Part shown: positions 46,898 through 56,803 of the stretch, piece by piece
Layout of the letters: every line of letters starts with the position of its first letter
Position numbering within the stretch: position 1 is the first letter of the stretch
Origin: a virus
Lineage: Duplodnaviria; Caudoviricetes
Reading direction: 5' to 3' (one strand)
IMG/VR virus record: IMGVR_UViG_3300035208_002115
DNA: 64,000 nt
Program-made: the position numbers and the translations under genes
Notes under the pieces: generated by a model
Database searches by the model: none
What the model was told of the DNA's origin: nothing
What the model saw: the letters and a program-made list of their open reading frames with translations, nothing else

Positions 46898-47285
46898 CTT
46901 GAATACCGATGTCAGATATCATCTCGTCAAACGCTTGTTTTTTTAATTTTTTATACACATCCTCAGAACTATAATCAAAATGAGACCTAACTACGGCCTC
47001 TAATGCAACAGATAATACTTCTGATTTTACTATTTTAATTTCTTCACCCAACTCATTATACCAAAATATACCATTTTCTTTAATAACTAATTTCACATTA
47101 TCTTTTATACTGAAAATTATTTGATTTTTTTCACATAAAATAGGTGCGCCAATATTTATTTGGTCGTCTACATATGACTTAGTGACGGGTGATGAAAATA
47201 AAGCGTTTGATGCTAATAATCCTGAAATTCCACCCCAGTCTTCCACACATTCATTATACCAATTTTCAAATGAATTTTCACTCAT
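46845..47285 (-). CDS. C-tag protein
   Basis: ERLLKLEKLF near the C-terminus; internal PVTKSYVD. Confidence 0.65.
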   Translation of the reverse strand: MSENSFENWYNECVEDWGGISGLLASNALFSSPVTKSYVDDQINIGAPILCEKNQIIFSIKDNVKLVIKENGIFWYNELGEEIKIVKSEVLSVALEAVVRSHFDYSSEDVYKKLKKQAFDEMISDIGIQGERLLKLEKLFNEKNIE

Positions 47286-47356
47286 ATTTCGAAAGTAATT
47301 ATAATTACTATAATGTATAAAATTAATAAAGAAAAGTTTTAATTTTTATGAAAAAT

Positions 47357-47737
47357 TTATTCCTTTGTAATGTGATACATATTACTGACAAAAGGATTTA
47401 TTTCTCTATTCATCCAAACTGTTCGTTCAGGATATATTTTTATTATACTATTATTAAAACATTCTCTAACTACTTCTTTTATTAATGCACGGCTTTCATA
47501 TTCATTGAGATTATATTTTTTTTCTATAACATGTTGTAAGTTTTCTAAACTATACATCAAATAATTTTCTTCTTTGACATAATTGAAATAAACTTTATCA
47601 TCTATTTTAAAAATAGATATGTTTTTATCATATTTAGATTCGCTTATTTTTAATTTTTTAATAATATTCCAGATAAAAGTTCTCGGACTTCTGGCTTCCT
47701 GAATCTTATAAATAATATCAAGTATATCTTCTTCCAT
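47357..47737 (-). CDS. hypothetical protein
   Basis: 126 aa ORF coupled to the upstream gene. Confidence 0.65.
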   Translation of the reverse strand: MEEDILDIIYKIQEARSPRTFIWNIIKKLKISESKYDKNISIFKIDDKVYFNYVKEENYLMYSLENLQHVIEKKYNLNEYESRALIKEVVRECFNNSIIKIYPERTVWMNREINPFVSNMYHITKE

Positions 47738-50700
47738 TACACAAGAGTCAAAGTGGATACACCTTCTTCATCCTTTGCAACTTCTATTAATGCATCATAA
47801 GGTATTGGATGATTATGTTCAATAATAATCAACTTACCTATATTCTTTGAAATATCAGTTAAAAATTCAATAAACTGGTCTACTGAATTATTTAACAGTT
47901 TACCCATGATTTCATCAAAAATAATAAAATCGCATTTGCTATTAGTATTAATTTTTCGCAGTGCAATCTTTAATGCAACGGCAATAAAAGTTCTTTCCTT
48001 ACCAGAAGATTCAATCGCATTCTGGGAAACATCCAAACGATTTTTTGTGGATAATCTAAGTTTTAATTCATCATCGAAAAATACAGTGAAATCAACATTG
48101 GTTAATAAATTATTTAAATCGGTATTTAACAATTCAATAGATTTCTTTAATAAGAACGTTGGTATACCATCACGATGAACAGCTTTTAAATATGCATTAC
48201 TTATTTCATCTTTACGAATCTGTTCTTTATATTTTTCTATATTTTTCTCAATATTACTAATATTAAGTTCAACCAAAGGTATGTCTTTTATTACATCATC
48301 TCTCTGTGTATTGAAACTTTCAATAATAACATCATCAGCAGCCATTTTTTCTTCGATAGCATCTATTAACAATTGAATAGATTCATTTTCAAGTATATTA
48401 CCTTTCTGGCTGTTATATTTATCAATTAACATCTTATCATTTTTTGTTTTTAATGATAAATTGTCATTTTCTAATGCCAGTTTTTCTTTGGTATTTACTT
48501 TATCTTTTCGGCTTTCAAAGTTTTCCTTTGTTATTTTTAATTTTTCAACTTCTTCTTTTAGTGTATTAGATTCAGTGGTCAACTTTACACCTTCTTCAGT
48601 TTTTGTATTTTTAGAGGCGGTTAATTCGGTTAATTTAGTACGATAAGTGTTTTCGTTATCTTTGATTGATTTAATTTTCTGTTGAATATCATCAAACGAC
48701 TCCAGTAAATTCTGGTTTAATAATTCGATGTCAGTATTATGTTTTTTAATTATTTCTTCATTTTTATTTATAAACAATAATGCATTATCATATTCAACTT
48801 TCAATACTTCATCATCTTCGAAGTTCTTGTTCTTTATTTTTTCTGATTTTTCAAGGATATATTTACTCTTATCACGATAAGGTTTTTTATTTGTTTCCAG
48901 AAGATTATATTGGTCTTGTAATTTAGTTAAATCTTCTTTGATTTTATTAACACGTTCCCTAATATGCTCAATATGTTCAGGTTCAAGACTATCTAATGGT
49001 CTACCACAGGTAATACAATTTTTGGAATTTTCCAAATCAGATATTTCATCTTTTAATTTGGTAGCGTTTTCTTTAAGTGAATCCTGTTTAGTAGTAAGGT
49101 TTTGAATCTCATTACCACAAGTTTGTAATTCAGCTTTCAAATCAGCCATGTTATCTTTTACTAACTGTATAACATCTTTTTTCTTATTTTCGATGTTGTT
49201 AGTAATTTTTGCAATCTCTGTATTTATTTCAGTTACCTTTTCCTTAACAATATTTGAAATTTTCTCATCAATTTGTGAAAGATTAGTTTCATATGTTTTT
49301 ATAGAAGAACCCAATTCTGTCACCTCTATTCGAAGTGTAGTTATTTTATTTTTTTTATCATCATAATCAGCCGATTTTTTATTGAAAGACTCGTGGTCAA
49401 ATGTGGACGGTAAACCAGTTATTTCAGTATCTATTTTAATTATAGAATCTTTGTTTTCCTGAATTTTGGTATTGTTGAAAACAATATTTTTATTTAATGT
49501 TTCAATATTGATGCCCTGAAGGTCTTCATCAACTTTATGAAGTTCCTTAATTTTAGATTCTTTTTCTTTATTACGCTGGTCTTTAAATCCTTTAACTTCT
49601 ATTATTTTAGAATCAATTTCATCTTTAGACTTAGTTAATTCTGCTATCTGGTTATTATATGTTTCAATCTTAGTTTCTTCTTCAAGAACATTGATAGTAA
49701 CACGTTCATCTTTTTCTTCTTTCTGAATACTCTTGTATTCACTCATTTTCGTTTCGAAAATATCATATCCAGCATCTTTTATTAAACTATCTACAAAAAT
49801 ACTTCTATCAACAGACAATAAATCATTTAAATTATCGGCAGTTGTTAAAGCCAAACGGATGAAATCTTTAAAATTACCCAGAGCATCATTTATTAACTTT
49901 TGGGTATCCTTATCTTGTTCACCATTAATTAAATTTTCGGGTTTCATTTCAGTACCTCTATAAAATTCTAATATAGAATTTATAGAACCTATACCATCTG
50001 CTTTATTTCTTTTCCACTTTCTTTCGGTTTTTCTAAACATAGTGTATTTTTCACCATTTATATTTAAAACCGAACCACCCTTACAATAATCCAAATCCCT
50101 TTTATTATTTATAAATCTATTGTCTCCAAATTTTTCCTCTTTAGTGGTAGATGTAGTTATACCATATAAAATATATGTTATTGCATCCAATATAGTTGTT
50201 TTTCCTTGTTGATTTTCACCATGAATCTGAATAATACCATTTATATAATTCCAGTCAATAATATTACCATCGCCATACGATTTGAAATTATCAAACCAAA
50301 AACTTTCAATTCTCCATTCAATTTGAACACGCTCACTATTAACATCCAGTCTCGAATTAACTAAATCGTCAATTTTTAAAACTTCTTTTATAAAATCAAC
50401 ATCATATCCATTCGCTTTAAGATATTCTTCAAATATGGCTCTTTGTACAGATAAATCGTTTACATTTATACCTTCATTTACCATCTGAATATCGGAAATG
50501 TTAGTATAAATAGGAAAACGTTCCACTACTAATTTATCCAGACCATATTTTTCCTTAATATACTTCCGAATCTTTATTTCATTATCACGATTAACATTAG
50601 CTTTTATATCTCGCCACTTAACTTTGATTTCTGGCTCAGATTTGATATATTTTGAGCTTAAATTGAGGTTGTCGTAATCCGTATTTTCACTTAATTCAAA

Positions 50701-51438
50701 ATTAATATAGGTATGTTCATTCGTTATCTCAATGAAATCGTGTGTTTTCGACACAATATCCCACATTACATAACCATGACCATAAGGATGTTCACCAAAA
50801 TTTTGTTGAATCAAAGAAGACGGATAAACTACATTATCCAATTTCCCAAACTTTTGATAAAGGTGAATATCTCCCATCATTGTAAAATCACCTTTAAAAT
50901 CACTAACACTGAAATAATTCAGGTCTTTCATAGGTTCACCATTATGCGATAAACAACCTGATATCGGGTCGTGAAATAAATCTATATATATTTGATTCTT
51001 ATCCTTAATATGTGTTTTATCTTCCCAAGGATTTCTTAATTCTCTATCCCTATGATTCCACACTGCAAATGTAATATTGTCATATTGATAAAATCCAGTC
51101 TTATTATAATAAGTTATTTTTGGATTATTAATCATTTGTGTCACTGTCTGTATGACATCAACACGAGAAAGATTCTTTTTTTGTAAATCGTGATTACCTC
51201 TGGTGATTACAACTGGTGCAATTCGAGTAAGATTATTAAGAAAACTCGCCATTAATAATTGGGCTTCTCCTGATAAATCTATATAATCATGGTATAAATC
51301 ACCAGCTATTGTAATTAAGTCTGGTTTATTTTTTCTTAAATCATCATACAACAAATTGAATTGTCTGACATACATTTCATGTAATACAGGAGATTTTCTA
51401 ATATGAATATCAGCAAGGTGAGCTATTTTACGAATCAT
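47737..51438 (-). CDS. fused Mre11/SbcD nuclease and Rad50/SbcC ATPase (gp47-gp46 fusion)
   Basis: ADIH, AGDL, GNHD, GDIH; NFKSYG, GENQQGKTT, CITC hook, SSGKE, IIFDE, IIEH. Confidence 0.92.
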   Translation of the reverse strand: MIRKIAHLADIHIRKSPVLHEMYVRQFNLLYDDLRKNKPDLITIAGDLYHDYIDLSGEAQLLMASFLNNLTRIAPVVITRGNHDLQKKNLSRVDVIQTVTQMINNPKITYYNKTGFYQYDNITFAVWNHRDRELRNPWEDKTHIKDKNQIYIDLFHDPISGCLSHNGEPMKDLNYFSVSDFKGDFTMMGDIHLYQKFGKLDNVVYPSSLIQQNFGEHPYGHGYVMWDIVSKTHDFIEITNEHTYINFELSENTDYDNLNLSSKYIKSEPEIKVKWRDIKANVNRDNEIKIRKYIKEKYGLDKLVVERFPIYTNISDIQMVNEGINVNDLSVQRAIFEEYLKANGYDVDFIKEVLKIDDLVNSRLDVNSERVQIEWRIESFWFDNFKSYGDGNIIDWNYINGIIQIHGENQQGKTTILDAITYILYGITTSTTKEEKFGDNRFINNKRDLDYCKGGSVLNINGEKYTMFRKTERKWKRNKADGIGSINSILEFYRGTEMKPENLINGEQDKDTQKLINDALGNFKDFIRLALTTADNLNDLLSVDRSIFVDSLIKDAGYDIFETKMSEYKSIQKEEKDERVTINVLEEETKIETYNNQIAELTKSKDEIDSKIIEVKGFKDQRNKEKESKIKELHKVDEDLQGINIETLNKNIVFNNTKIQENKDSIIKIDTEITGLPSTFDHESFNKKSADYDDKKNKITTLRIEVTELGSSIKTYETNLSQIDEKISNIVKEKVTEINTEIAKITNNIENKKKDVIQLVKDNMADLKAELQTCGNEIQNLTTKQDSLKENATKLKDEISDLENSKNCITCGRPLDSLEPEHIEHIRERVNKIKEDLTKLQDQYNLLETNKKPYRDKSKYILEKSEKIKNKNFEDDEVLKVEYDNALLFINKNEEIIKKHNTDIELLNQNLLESFDDIQQKIKSIKDNENTYRTKLTELTASKNTKTEEGVKLTTESNTLKEEVEKLKITKENFESRKDKVNTKEKLALENDNLSLKTKNDKMLIDKYNSQKGNILENESIQLLIDAIEEKMAADDVIIESFNTQRDDVIKDIPLVELNISNIEKNIEKYKEQIRKDEISNAYLKAVHRDGIPTFLLKKSIELLNTDLNNLLTNVDFTVFFDDELKLRLSTKNRLDVSQNAIESSGKERTFIAVALKIALRKINTNSKCDFIIFDEIMGKLLNNSVDQFIEFLTDISKNIGKLIIIEHNHPIPYDALIEVAKDEEGVSTLTLV

Positions 51439-51502
51439 GTTATTAAATTATTTTTAAATAATATATTCATTAAAACGATTTTTGTTTATAATAGTTAATA
51501 AA

Positions 51503-52516
51503 TTAATCACCAAAACCCAACAATCGTAATTTAATATATCGATTACCTTTTCTGACTAACTCATCACCATCACAATCCAAAAAATAATAAGTGTCAGATT
51601 TTAACTGGAACAACAATTTTTCCAAGTCCTCATCATTCTTTAGTGCAACGGCAGTCTTTCCACATTTATAACATCTTTTGAATTCTTTGATATTATTTTG
51701 TTTTAAAAGGTCTTTAATAAAAAAATCATCTTTAATTTCTTTATAATCCCAATAATCATCCTCACCTTTATTTTTTAACATGATATATTCTTCATTCATA
51801 TAAACGATGATGTAATTATATTCTTTGGTCTCCAGATAATCTTTGAATAATTTTCTGGCAGATTCTCCGAATTTATATGTAATACCTTTCAATAACATAG
51901 ATTGTTTATAGTATTCATTAACATTAAAATCCAGTTTTATTGGATTCTTTTTATCCTTATTGATGTATTTCATAACAAACATTTCCTTAGTATCTTCCTC
52001 ATTAACATGAATATCAGTATATCCAATATATTCACTTCGGTGTTCAATCTCAGGATTTTCATCTTTATATTTTTTATATGTATCCCAATTATCATCAAAA
52101 TATGGAAACATAATCAATAAAGAAGATTTTACTTTACCCATATCGGCAAAATATTTCATTTTAATGGGTTTGTCACCTTTAAATATTTTATATTGAATAA
52201 TATCAGGGTGTGTCATTATTTCACCGTATTCTTTAGTGCAACATCTTAAACTTGTAATGCTTGAACTGAATTTACTACCATTATAAACTGTTCTTATCTT
52301 TTGAAATTTATCATCAAATATATCAGTATTATTATTAAATTTCAAAACAACAGTACCGTTGTCCTTTTTATCTACAACTGTTAAAATAACATCTTTTTCC
52401 AAATATTCACCCCATTTAATATTTAAAGCAAATTTAGTTTCATAATAACTAACACTTTTGTCAACAAGGGTTATCAATTGTTGTCCGACTTGTAGTTCTT
52501 TTAATGAAAGTTTCAT
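51503..52516 (-). CDS. hypothetical protein with C-tag
   Basis: Likely start 52516 (MKLSLKEL); ends NRYIKLRLLGFGD. Confidence 0.7.
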   Translation of the reverse strand: MKLSLKELQVGQQLITLVDKSVSYYETKFALNIKWGEYLEKDVILTVVDKKDNGTVVLKFNNNTDIFDDKFQKIRTVYNGSKFSSSITSLRCCTKEYGEIMTHPDIIQYKIFKGDKPIKMKYFADMGKVKSSLLIMFPYFDDNWDTYKKYKDENPEIEHRSEYIGYTDIHVNEEDTKEMFVMKYINKDKKNPIKLDFNVNEYYKQSMLLKGITYKFGESARKLFKDYLETKEYNYIIVYMNEEYIMLKNKGEDDYWDYKEIKDDFFIKDLLKQNNIKEFKRCYKCGKTAVALKNDEDLEKLLFQLKSDTYYFLDCDGDELVRKGNRYIKLRLLGFGD

Positions 52517-52649
52517 AATGAATAGTTTAATGTAATAGAGTGTAAAAATAAGAAAAAAAAATATAATATATAATATATAATATATCATTAAGTTGTACCT
52601 TTCGAACATATGTTGATATTTAAAAATGTTATTTGGAAATTTACTTTTT

Positions 52650-52657
52650 AATATATA
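52650..52657 (+). promoter_or_regulatory. putative late promoter AATATATA
   Basis: 30 nt upstream of fibre-like gene 52688. Confidence 0.45.
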
Positions 52658-52687
52658 AACAATATAGAAAAAATTAATTGTTTTTAA

Positions 52688-54145
52688 ATGACCCAAAAGA
52701 TAAAGAATAAACAAATAAATATTGCGACACCTTTTGATTTTAATAATCAAAGATTATATAATTTAGCATCACCTACTGGTTCAACTGATGCTACTAATAA
52801 AGAATATGTTGATAGTAATGCAATAAATTATTCTCTTGGTACAGGTTTATATTCAGGGGGAATCGTAACAATTGATGATAATACACATTTTTCGATAACA
52901 TCTGGTGTTGGATATATTGTTGATTCGATTACTAAATATGCAATCATTGTTAAATTTACAGCTAAAAGCGGTGTTACATTAATGGATATTGGTGAAACAG
53001 ATATCACAGTCTCAATAGCAATTGATATAAATGGTGATGTATTTCAACAAGTTCCAGTATTTACACCAATACAAAGAAGAAATTATATTGTATTAGGTGA
53101 ATTATTTGTAAACCCATTAACACAAAATTTATCAGCCGTTTGGTATAGACCTGTTTTTAGTTGGGATACATCAACAATTGTTGACTGTGAATATTTAGCA
53201 AAATGTAAATCAATAATTGGTAATTCAATATCACCTAATGGTTCAAATTTATTATTGGATGTTTCTTCTGGGGAAATGCAAGGATATTCTATTAATGCTA
53301 TAAATTCATTTACGAACCCAAATTATATGACATTTACTGGTGAAACCGCATTTAGTTTTATAACTTCATTTCATAATGGAACAGAATGGGTATTTCAAAC
53401 TGAAATTAATCAAATAGAACCCCAATATTATTCTAATGGTAGCACATCTTTACAGTCAGTTGCAAATAATAAATGGAGTATTAGATTATTAATGAGGGGT
53501 GCTATCACAGGAAAATTGTATTTATCTTATCCAACTCATCCAAGTGTATATAACGATTCCTCAACAGCCAAGGCTGATTTAATTAATTTAATTTATTTAA
53601 TACCAGATGAATTATCAACTGTTGTTGTACCATGTATGTTTTTAATTGTAAGAGGTGCTGCAATTGATTTATCAATAACTACTGATGCGGTATTTGTTCC
53701 AGTGCAAGCTATTAATTTTACGGCTGGAGCTTCGGCATCAGTGTTAGCATATGATGTTGTTTTTGATAATTCTGGTTCAACAAATTTAGTTTCAGTTGAT
53801 GCCCAAAATGTTATTAATGAAATAAATAATAAAATAGAAAATTTAAATTATTCATCTGATGTAAACATGGTTGCTAATTCTGGTGTATCTGGGATATATT
53901 TGGCTTGTAATACGGGTATTACTGCTGAACCAGCTACAAGAGTCGGGGTGTTTCTAAATTCAATTGAAGTGCCTGTTGGTAACGGGACTACATCGGAAGT
54001 ATGTTATTTTAGTTCGGATAGTGGTGTTACAGCTAAAGCATGGAATAATATAACACTTGGTGACCATTTATACTGGAATGGTAGTATTGCACCGTTTCAA
54101 TTAGAAACCACAGATGGTTTATCATTTGAATATTTAATAATATAA
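52688..54145 (+). CDS. tail-fibre-like protein, paralog family member 4 (with large insert)
   Basis: KIKNKQ, NLASPT..TDATNKEYVD; C-terminal LACNT...YFSSDSG...GDHLYWNGS...FEYL shared with 11204, 11667 and 13071. Confidence 0.65.
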   Translation: MTQKIKNKQINIATPFDFNNQRLYNLASPTGSTDATNKEYVDSNAINYSLGTGLYSGGIVTIDDNTHFSITSGVGYIVDSITKYAIIVKFTAKSGVTLMDIGETDITVSIAIDINGDVFQQVPVFTPIQRRNYIVLGELFVNPLTQNLSAVWYRPVFSWDTSTIVDCEYLAKCKSIIGNSISPNGSNLLLDVSSGEMQGYSINAINSFTNPNYMTFTGETAFSFITSFHNGTEWVFQTEINQIEPQYYSNGSTSLQSVANNKWSIRLLMRGAITGKLYLSYPTHPSVYNDSSTAKADLINLIYLIPDELSTVVVPCMFLIVRGAAIDLSITTDAVFVPVQAINFTAGASASVLAYDVVFDNSGSTNLVSVDAQNVINEINNKIENLNYSSDVNMVANSGVSGIYLACNTGITAEPATRVGVFLNSIEVPVGNGTTSEVCYFSSDSGVTAKAWNNITLGDHLYWNGSIAPFQLETTDGLSFEYLII

Positions 54146-54796
54146 TTATATAATATCTTTAGGTTCAGATGGTTCAGCAGAGTCTGGTTCACCCTCAACA
54201 TCGTTATCATCATCTAACATTTTATGACGTTCTTCGATAGACTGTGTAATCATATCTTCAAACCACTTCCAAGCTGCCTTTTTATCATCATCTGTGATTT
54301 TGATGTTTTTTCCTTCATCACCCGTTATATCTTCATCTGTATATGCTCTCCAACCCTTTTCATATTTTACCAGTTTGTTACCAGCCTCAACAGGTGGTAT
54401 AGCTATATAACATTTAGATAAACTTTTATCTTCCTGATTTAAATCCCATATATATTTGGGATTACTTTCATAATCACTTCTTACTAACCCATAATCTGAA
54501 GTAAGTTCAAATTTAATATACATGACAGGATGTTCCCAGTCACCACCAGCCATCCATAAATCAGCATTTATCTCATATTTCACAGGTTGGTCTTTTCGTA
54601 AATTTTTTGTTATATAAAAAGTTTTCTTTTGCCCTGTTGAATCATCATTCTCCAAATCAAAATGTGTTTTATAATAATTCTGACCGAATTTAACAATTTT
54701 ATGCCATGCATTACTCACAATTGTTTTATAATTAAAAATTTCATCATTCTTTTTTCTATTGATGACTGATTCGTTAAATGTGTATAAGTATTTCAT
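54146..54796 (-). CDS. putative internal head protein (CTS-like leader)
   Basis: MKYLYTFNES. Confidence 0.65.
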   Translation of the reverse strand: MKYLYTFNESVINRKKNDEIFNYKTIVSNAWHKIVKFGQNYYKTHFDLENDDSTGQKKTFYITKNLRKDQPVKYEINADLWMAGGDWEHPVMYIKFELTSDYGLVRSDYESNPKYIWDLNQEDKSLSKCYIAIPPVEAGNKLVKYEKGWRAYTDEDITGDEGKNIKITDDDKKAAWKWFEDMITQSIEERHKMLDDDNDVEGEPDSAEPSEPKDII

Positions 54797-54798
54797 TT

Positions 54799-55395
54799 TT
54801 ATTTATAGGTTTTTAATATATTAATGATTTTTCCAATAGTTTCTTTATCTAATTGAGACAATCTTACCCATTCAAATAAGTTTTTATATGTAGCTCTATC
54901 TTTCCATGCACCATAATCAAGTAATAACTCAATAACATCCAATTTACCTTTAACAACAGCAATATACAATGCGGTATAACCGAATTTATTTTTACTAAAA
55001 ATGTTTATACCTGCATCAAGAAGTATATCTATTATAGGTAATTGGTCTTCTGATGGTTTAATAAATGAGTGTCCTATTGCAATCAATAATGCATTATTTT
55101 TCTTTTTATCATTTATGTTAAGGTCAGCACCTTTTTCAACTAAATATTCAACTAATGCCTTATTGCTACTCAAAACAGCATACATTAATGGTGTATATCC
55201 TTCAGAACTGCTTCTAACATTAATATCAGCACCTCTATCCAATGCAAGTTCAATGCCCCTTATATAACCATTATCAGCACATTTTAATATCATATCATCT
55301 GGTGTTAAATCTTTTAATGAATCCAAGATTTCATCTTCCGTTTTAGGAATCATTTTATCTTTTAAAGATTCGTTGAATGATTTTAAGTGTTTCAT
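54799..55395 (-). CDS. ankyrin repeat protein with CTS-like leader
   Basis: MKHLKSFNES; GYTPLMYA...LVEKGAD.N, NNALLIA, GYTALYIA. Confidence 0.88.
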   Translation of the reverse strand: MKHLKSFNESLKDKMIPKTEDEILDSLKDLTPDDMILKCADNGYIRGIELALDRGADINVRSSSEGYTPLMYAVLSSNKALVEYLVEKGADLNINDKKKNNALLIAIGHSFIKPSEDQLPIIDILLDAGINIFSKNKFGYTALYIAVVKGKLDVIELLLDYGAWKDRATYKNLFEWVRLSQLDKETIGKIINILKTYK

Positions 55396-55883
55396 TATTT
55401 TAATTCTGAGTTTACATAATTTTTAAATTCTTCAATAATTTCATCCATATATAAAGAATAATTATAGAATTTCTTAGCTATCACTTCATTTTGATATCTT
55501 TCTTTCCCGTGTATTTCAGTCTTCTGAGCTTTTAATTCAAGGTGAACAGTATATGTTCTACCATATTCACCTTCTACTTTCACTCCAACTGGATTTATAC
55601 CAGTTTCTATCCACACCATAGCATTACCATTTATAGTATCATATTGTTCTTCATTATCAATTTTAATTTCATCCTTACTCACTCTGTAAATAGAAGTTGC
55701 TCCATATCCTAAATAGTCTTGAAATTTGTTCTTTTCGAATTCTTGTAAATGTAATAACGAACCAATTTCTGATTCAAATTTTTCAGAAAAGTCTGATATC
55801 AATCTCATATCATCTATTTTATCTTGTTTAGTGTGAATATAATTTTCGTTTAAAAAATTACTAAAGTCTTTTAATATTTTCAT
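55395..55883 (-). CDS. putative internal head protein (CTS-like leader)
   Basis: MKILKDFSNFLNEN; AATATATA at 55905-55912. Confidence 0.65.
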   Translation of the reverse strand: MKILKDFSNFLNENYIHTKQDKIDDMRLISDFSEKFESEIGSLLHLQEFEKNKFQDYLGYGATSIYRVSKDEIKIDNEEQYDTINGNAMVWIETGINPVGVKVEGEYGRTYTVHLELKAQKTEIHGKERYQNEVIAKKFYNYSLYMDEIIEEFKNYVNSELK

Positions 55884-55924
55884 TTCTATAAGTTATTTTT
55901 TGTTTATATATTAAATAATTAAAA

Positions 55925-56800
55925 TTATTTCGAAATTTTATCCAGATATCGGATAAATGAGAATACGGGTTTATGAGTTTGACTTATAATATCACCTTTT
56001 ATATAGGGTAAAATCTTAACTGTATATTTTTCTTTCAGTCTATCTATATATTTTTTAAGTATTTCATCTTGATTTCTGTATGTGTACGACTCAGGATGAT
56101 TTTCTTTAATGAAAATAAATGTATCATCTGGAATGATGAATCTATTATTTTTAATTAAAATTTCCCCCTCATTCTTAAATACTGAAGCAAATGCTAATAT
56201 GATAAATTGAAACATGATGTCCAATTCATCTCGTTTATATTTTGGTTTTTCTTTATTTAATATTTGAAGGGATTTATCTAATAATTCTTGGTAATTTTTG
56301 ATTTTTAAATCACCGATTTTATGTATATCTCTTTCATCTAATTCACGAAACAAATCATACATTTGTCCATTAATTTGTCTATATAATTTTAATAAATTAT
56401 TATCGATATTTTTTTTATAATTTTCAAAATATTCGGTCTTTCTGATGCCCTGATATAGTAAACTCCCAGTCGAATAATCATCATCAACTTGATATAACCT
56501 TCTTAAAACTTTCATATTATCCTTAGTTAAATATACTAAATCATCATAACGAACCTTTTCTATTTCATTTAATGTTTGAACAGATTCTTTTTTCATAACC
56601 AATAAAATATCCCGAATATCGAAATACCCATTAATTATATTGATATTATCAGATATACCAATAAGATTTTTTAGTTCTCCAGATAATAAATTTTTTATAG
56701 TTTCCTCATTAAATTTTAACACGAGATAATAATACTTGTCATAGTTTTCAGTAGACAAATTATATTCGTTTATCTCACTATATGTGTTTAAATATTTCAT
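55925..56800 (-). CDS. putative internal head protein (CTS-like leader)
   Basis: MKYLNTYSEINEY; IGISD...NEGEILI faintly ART-like. Confidence 0.6.
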   Translation of the reverse strand: MKYLNTYSEINEYNLSTENYDKYYYLVLKFNEETIKNLLSGELKNLIGISDNINIINGYFDIRDILLVMKKESVQTLNEIEKVRYDDLVYLTKDNMKVLRRLYQVDDDYSTGSLLYQGIRKTEYFENYKKNIDNNLLKLYRQINGQMYDLFRELDERDIHKIGDLKIKNYQELLDKSLQILNKEKPKYKRDELDIMFQFIILAFASVFKNEGEILIKNNRFIIPDDTFIFIKENHPESYTYRNQDEILKKYIDRLKEKYTVKILPYIKGDIISQTHKPVFSFIRYLDKISK

Positions 56801-56803
56801 AAT

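Noticed and set aside
46845-47285. PVTKSYVD as evidence of a tail-fibre fragment decoy
   Set aside because: The motif is too short to support homology without a search
52517-52750. N-terminal extension of ORF 51503 overlapping the fibre gene
   Set aside because: Low-complexity AT-rich intergenic/promoter sequence; the ATG at 52516 is the more credible start
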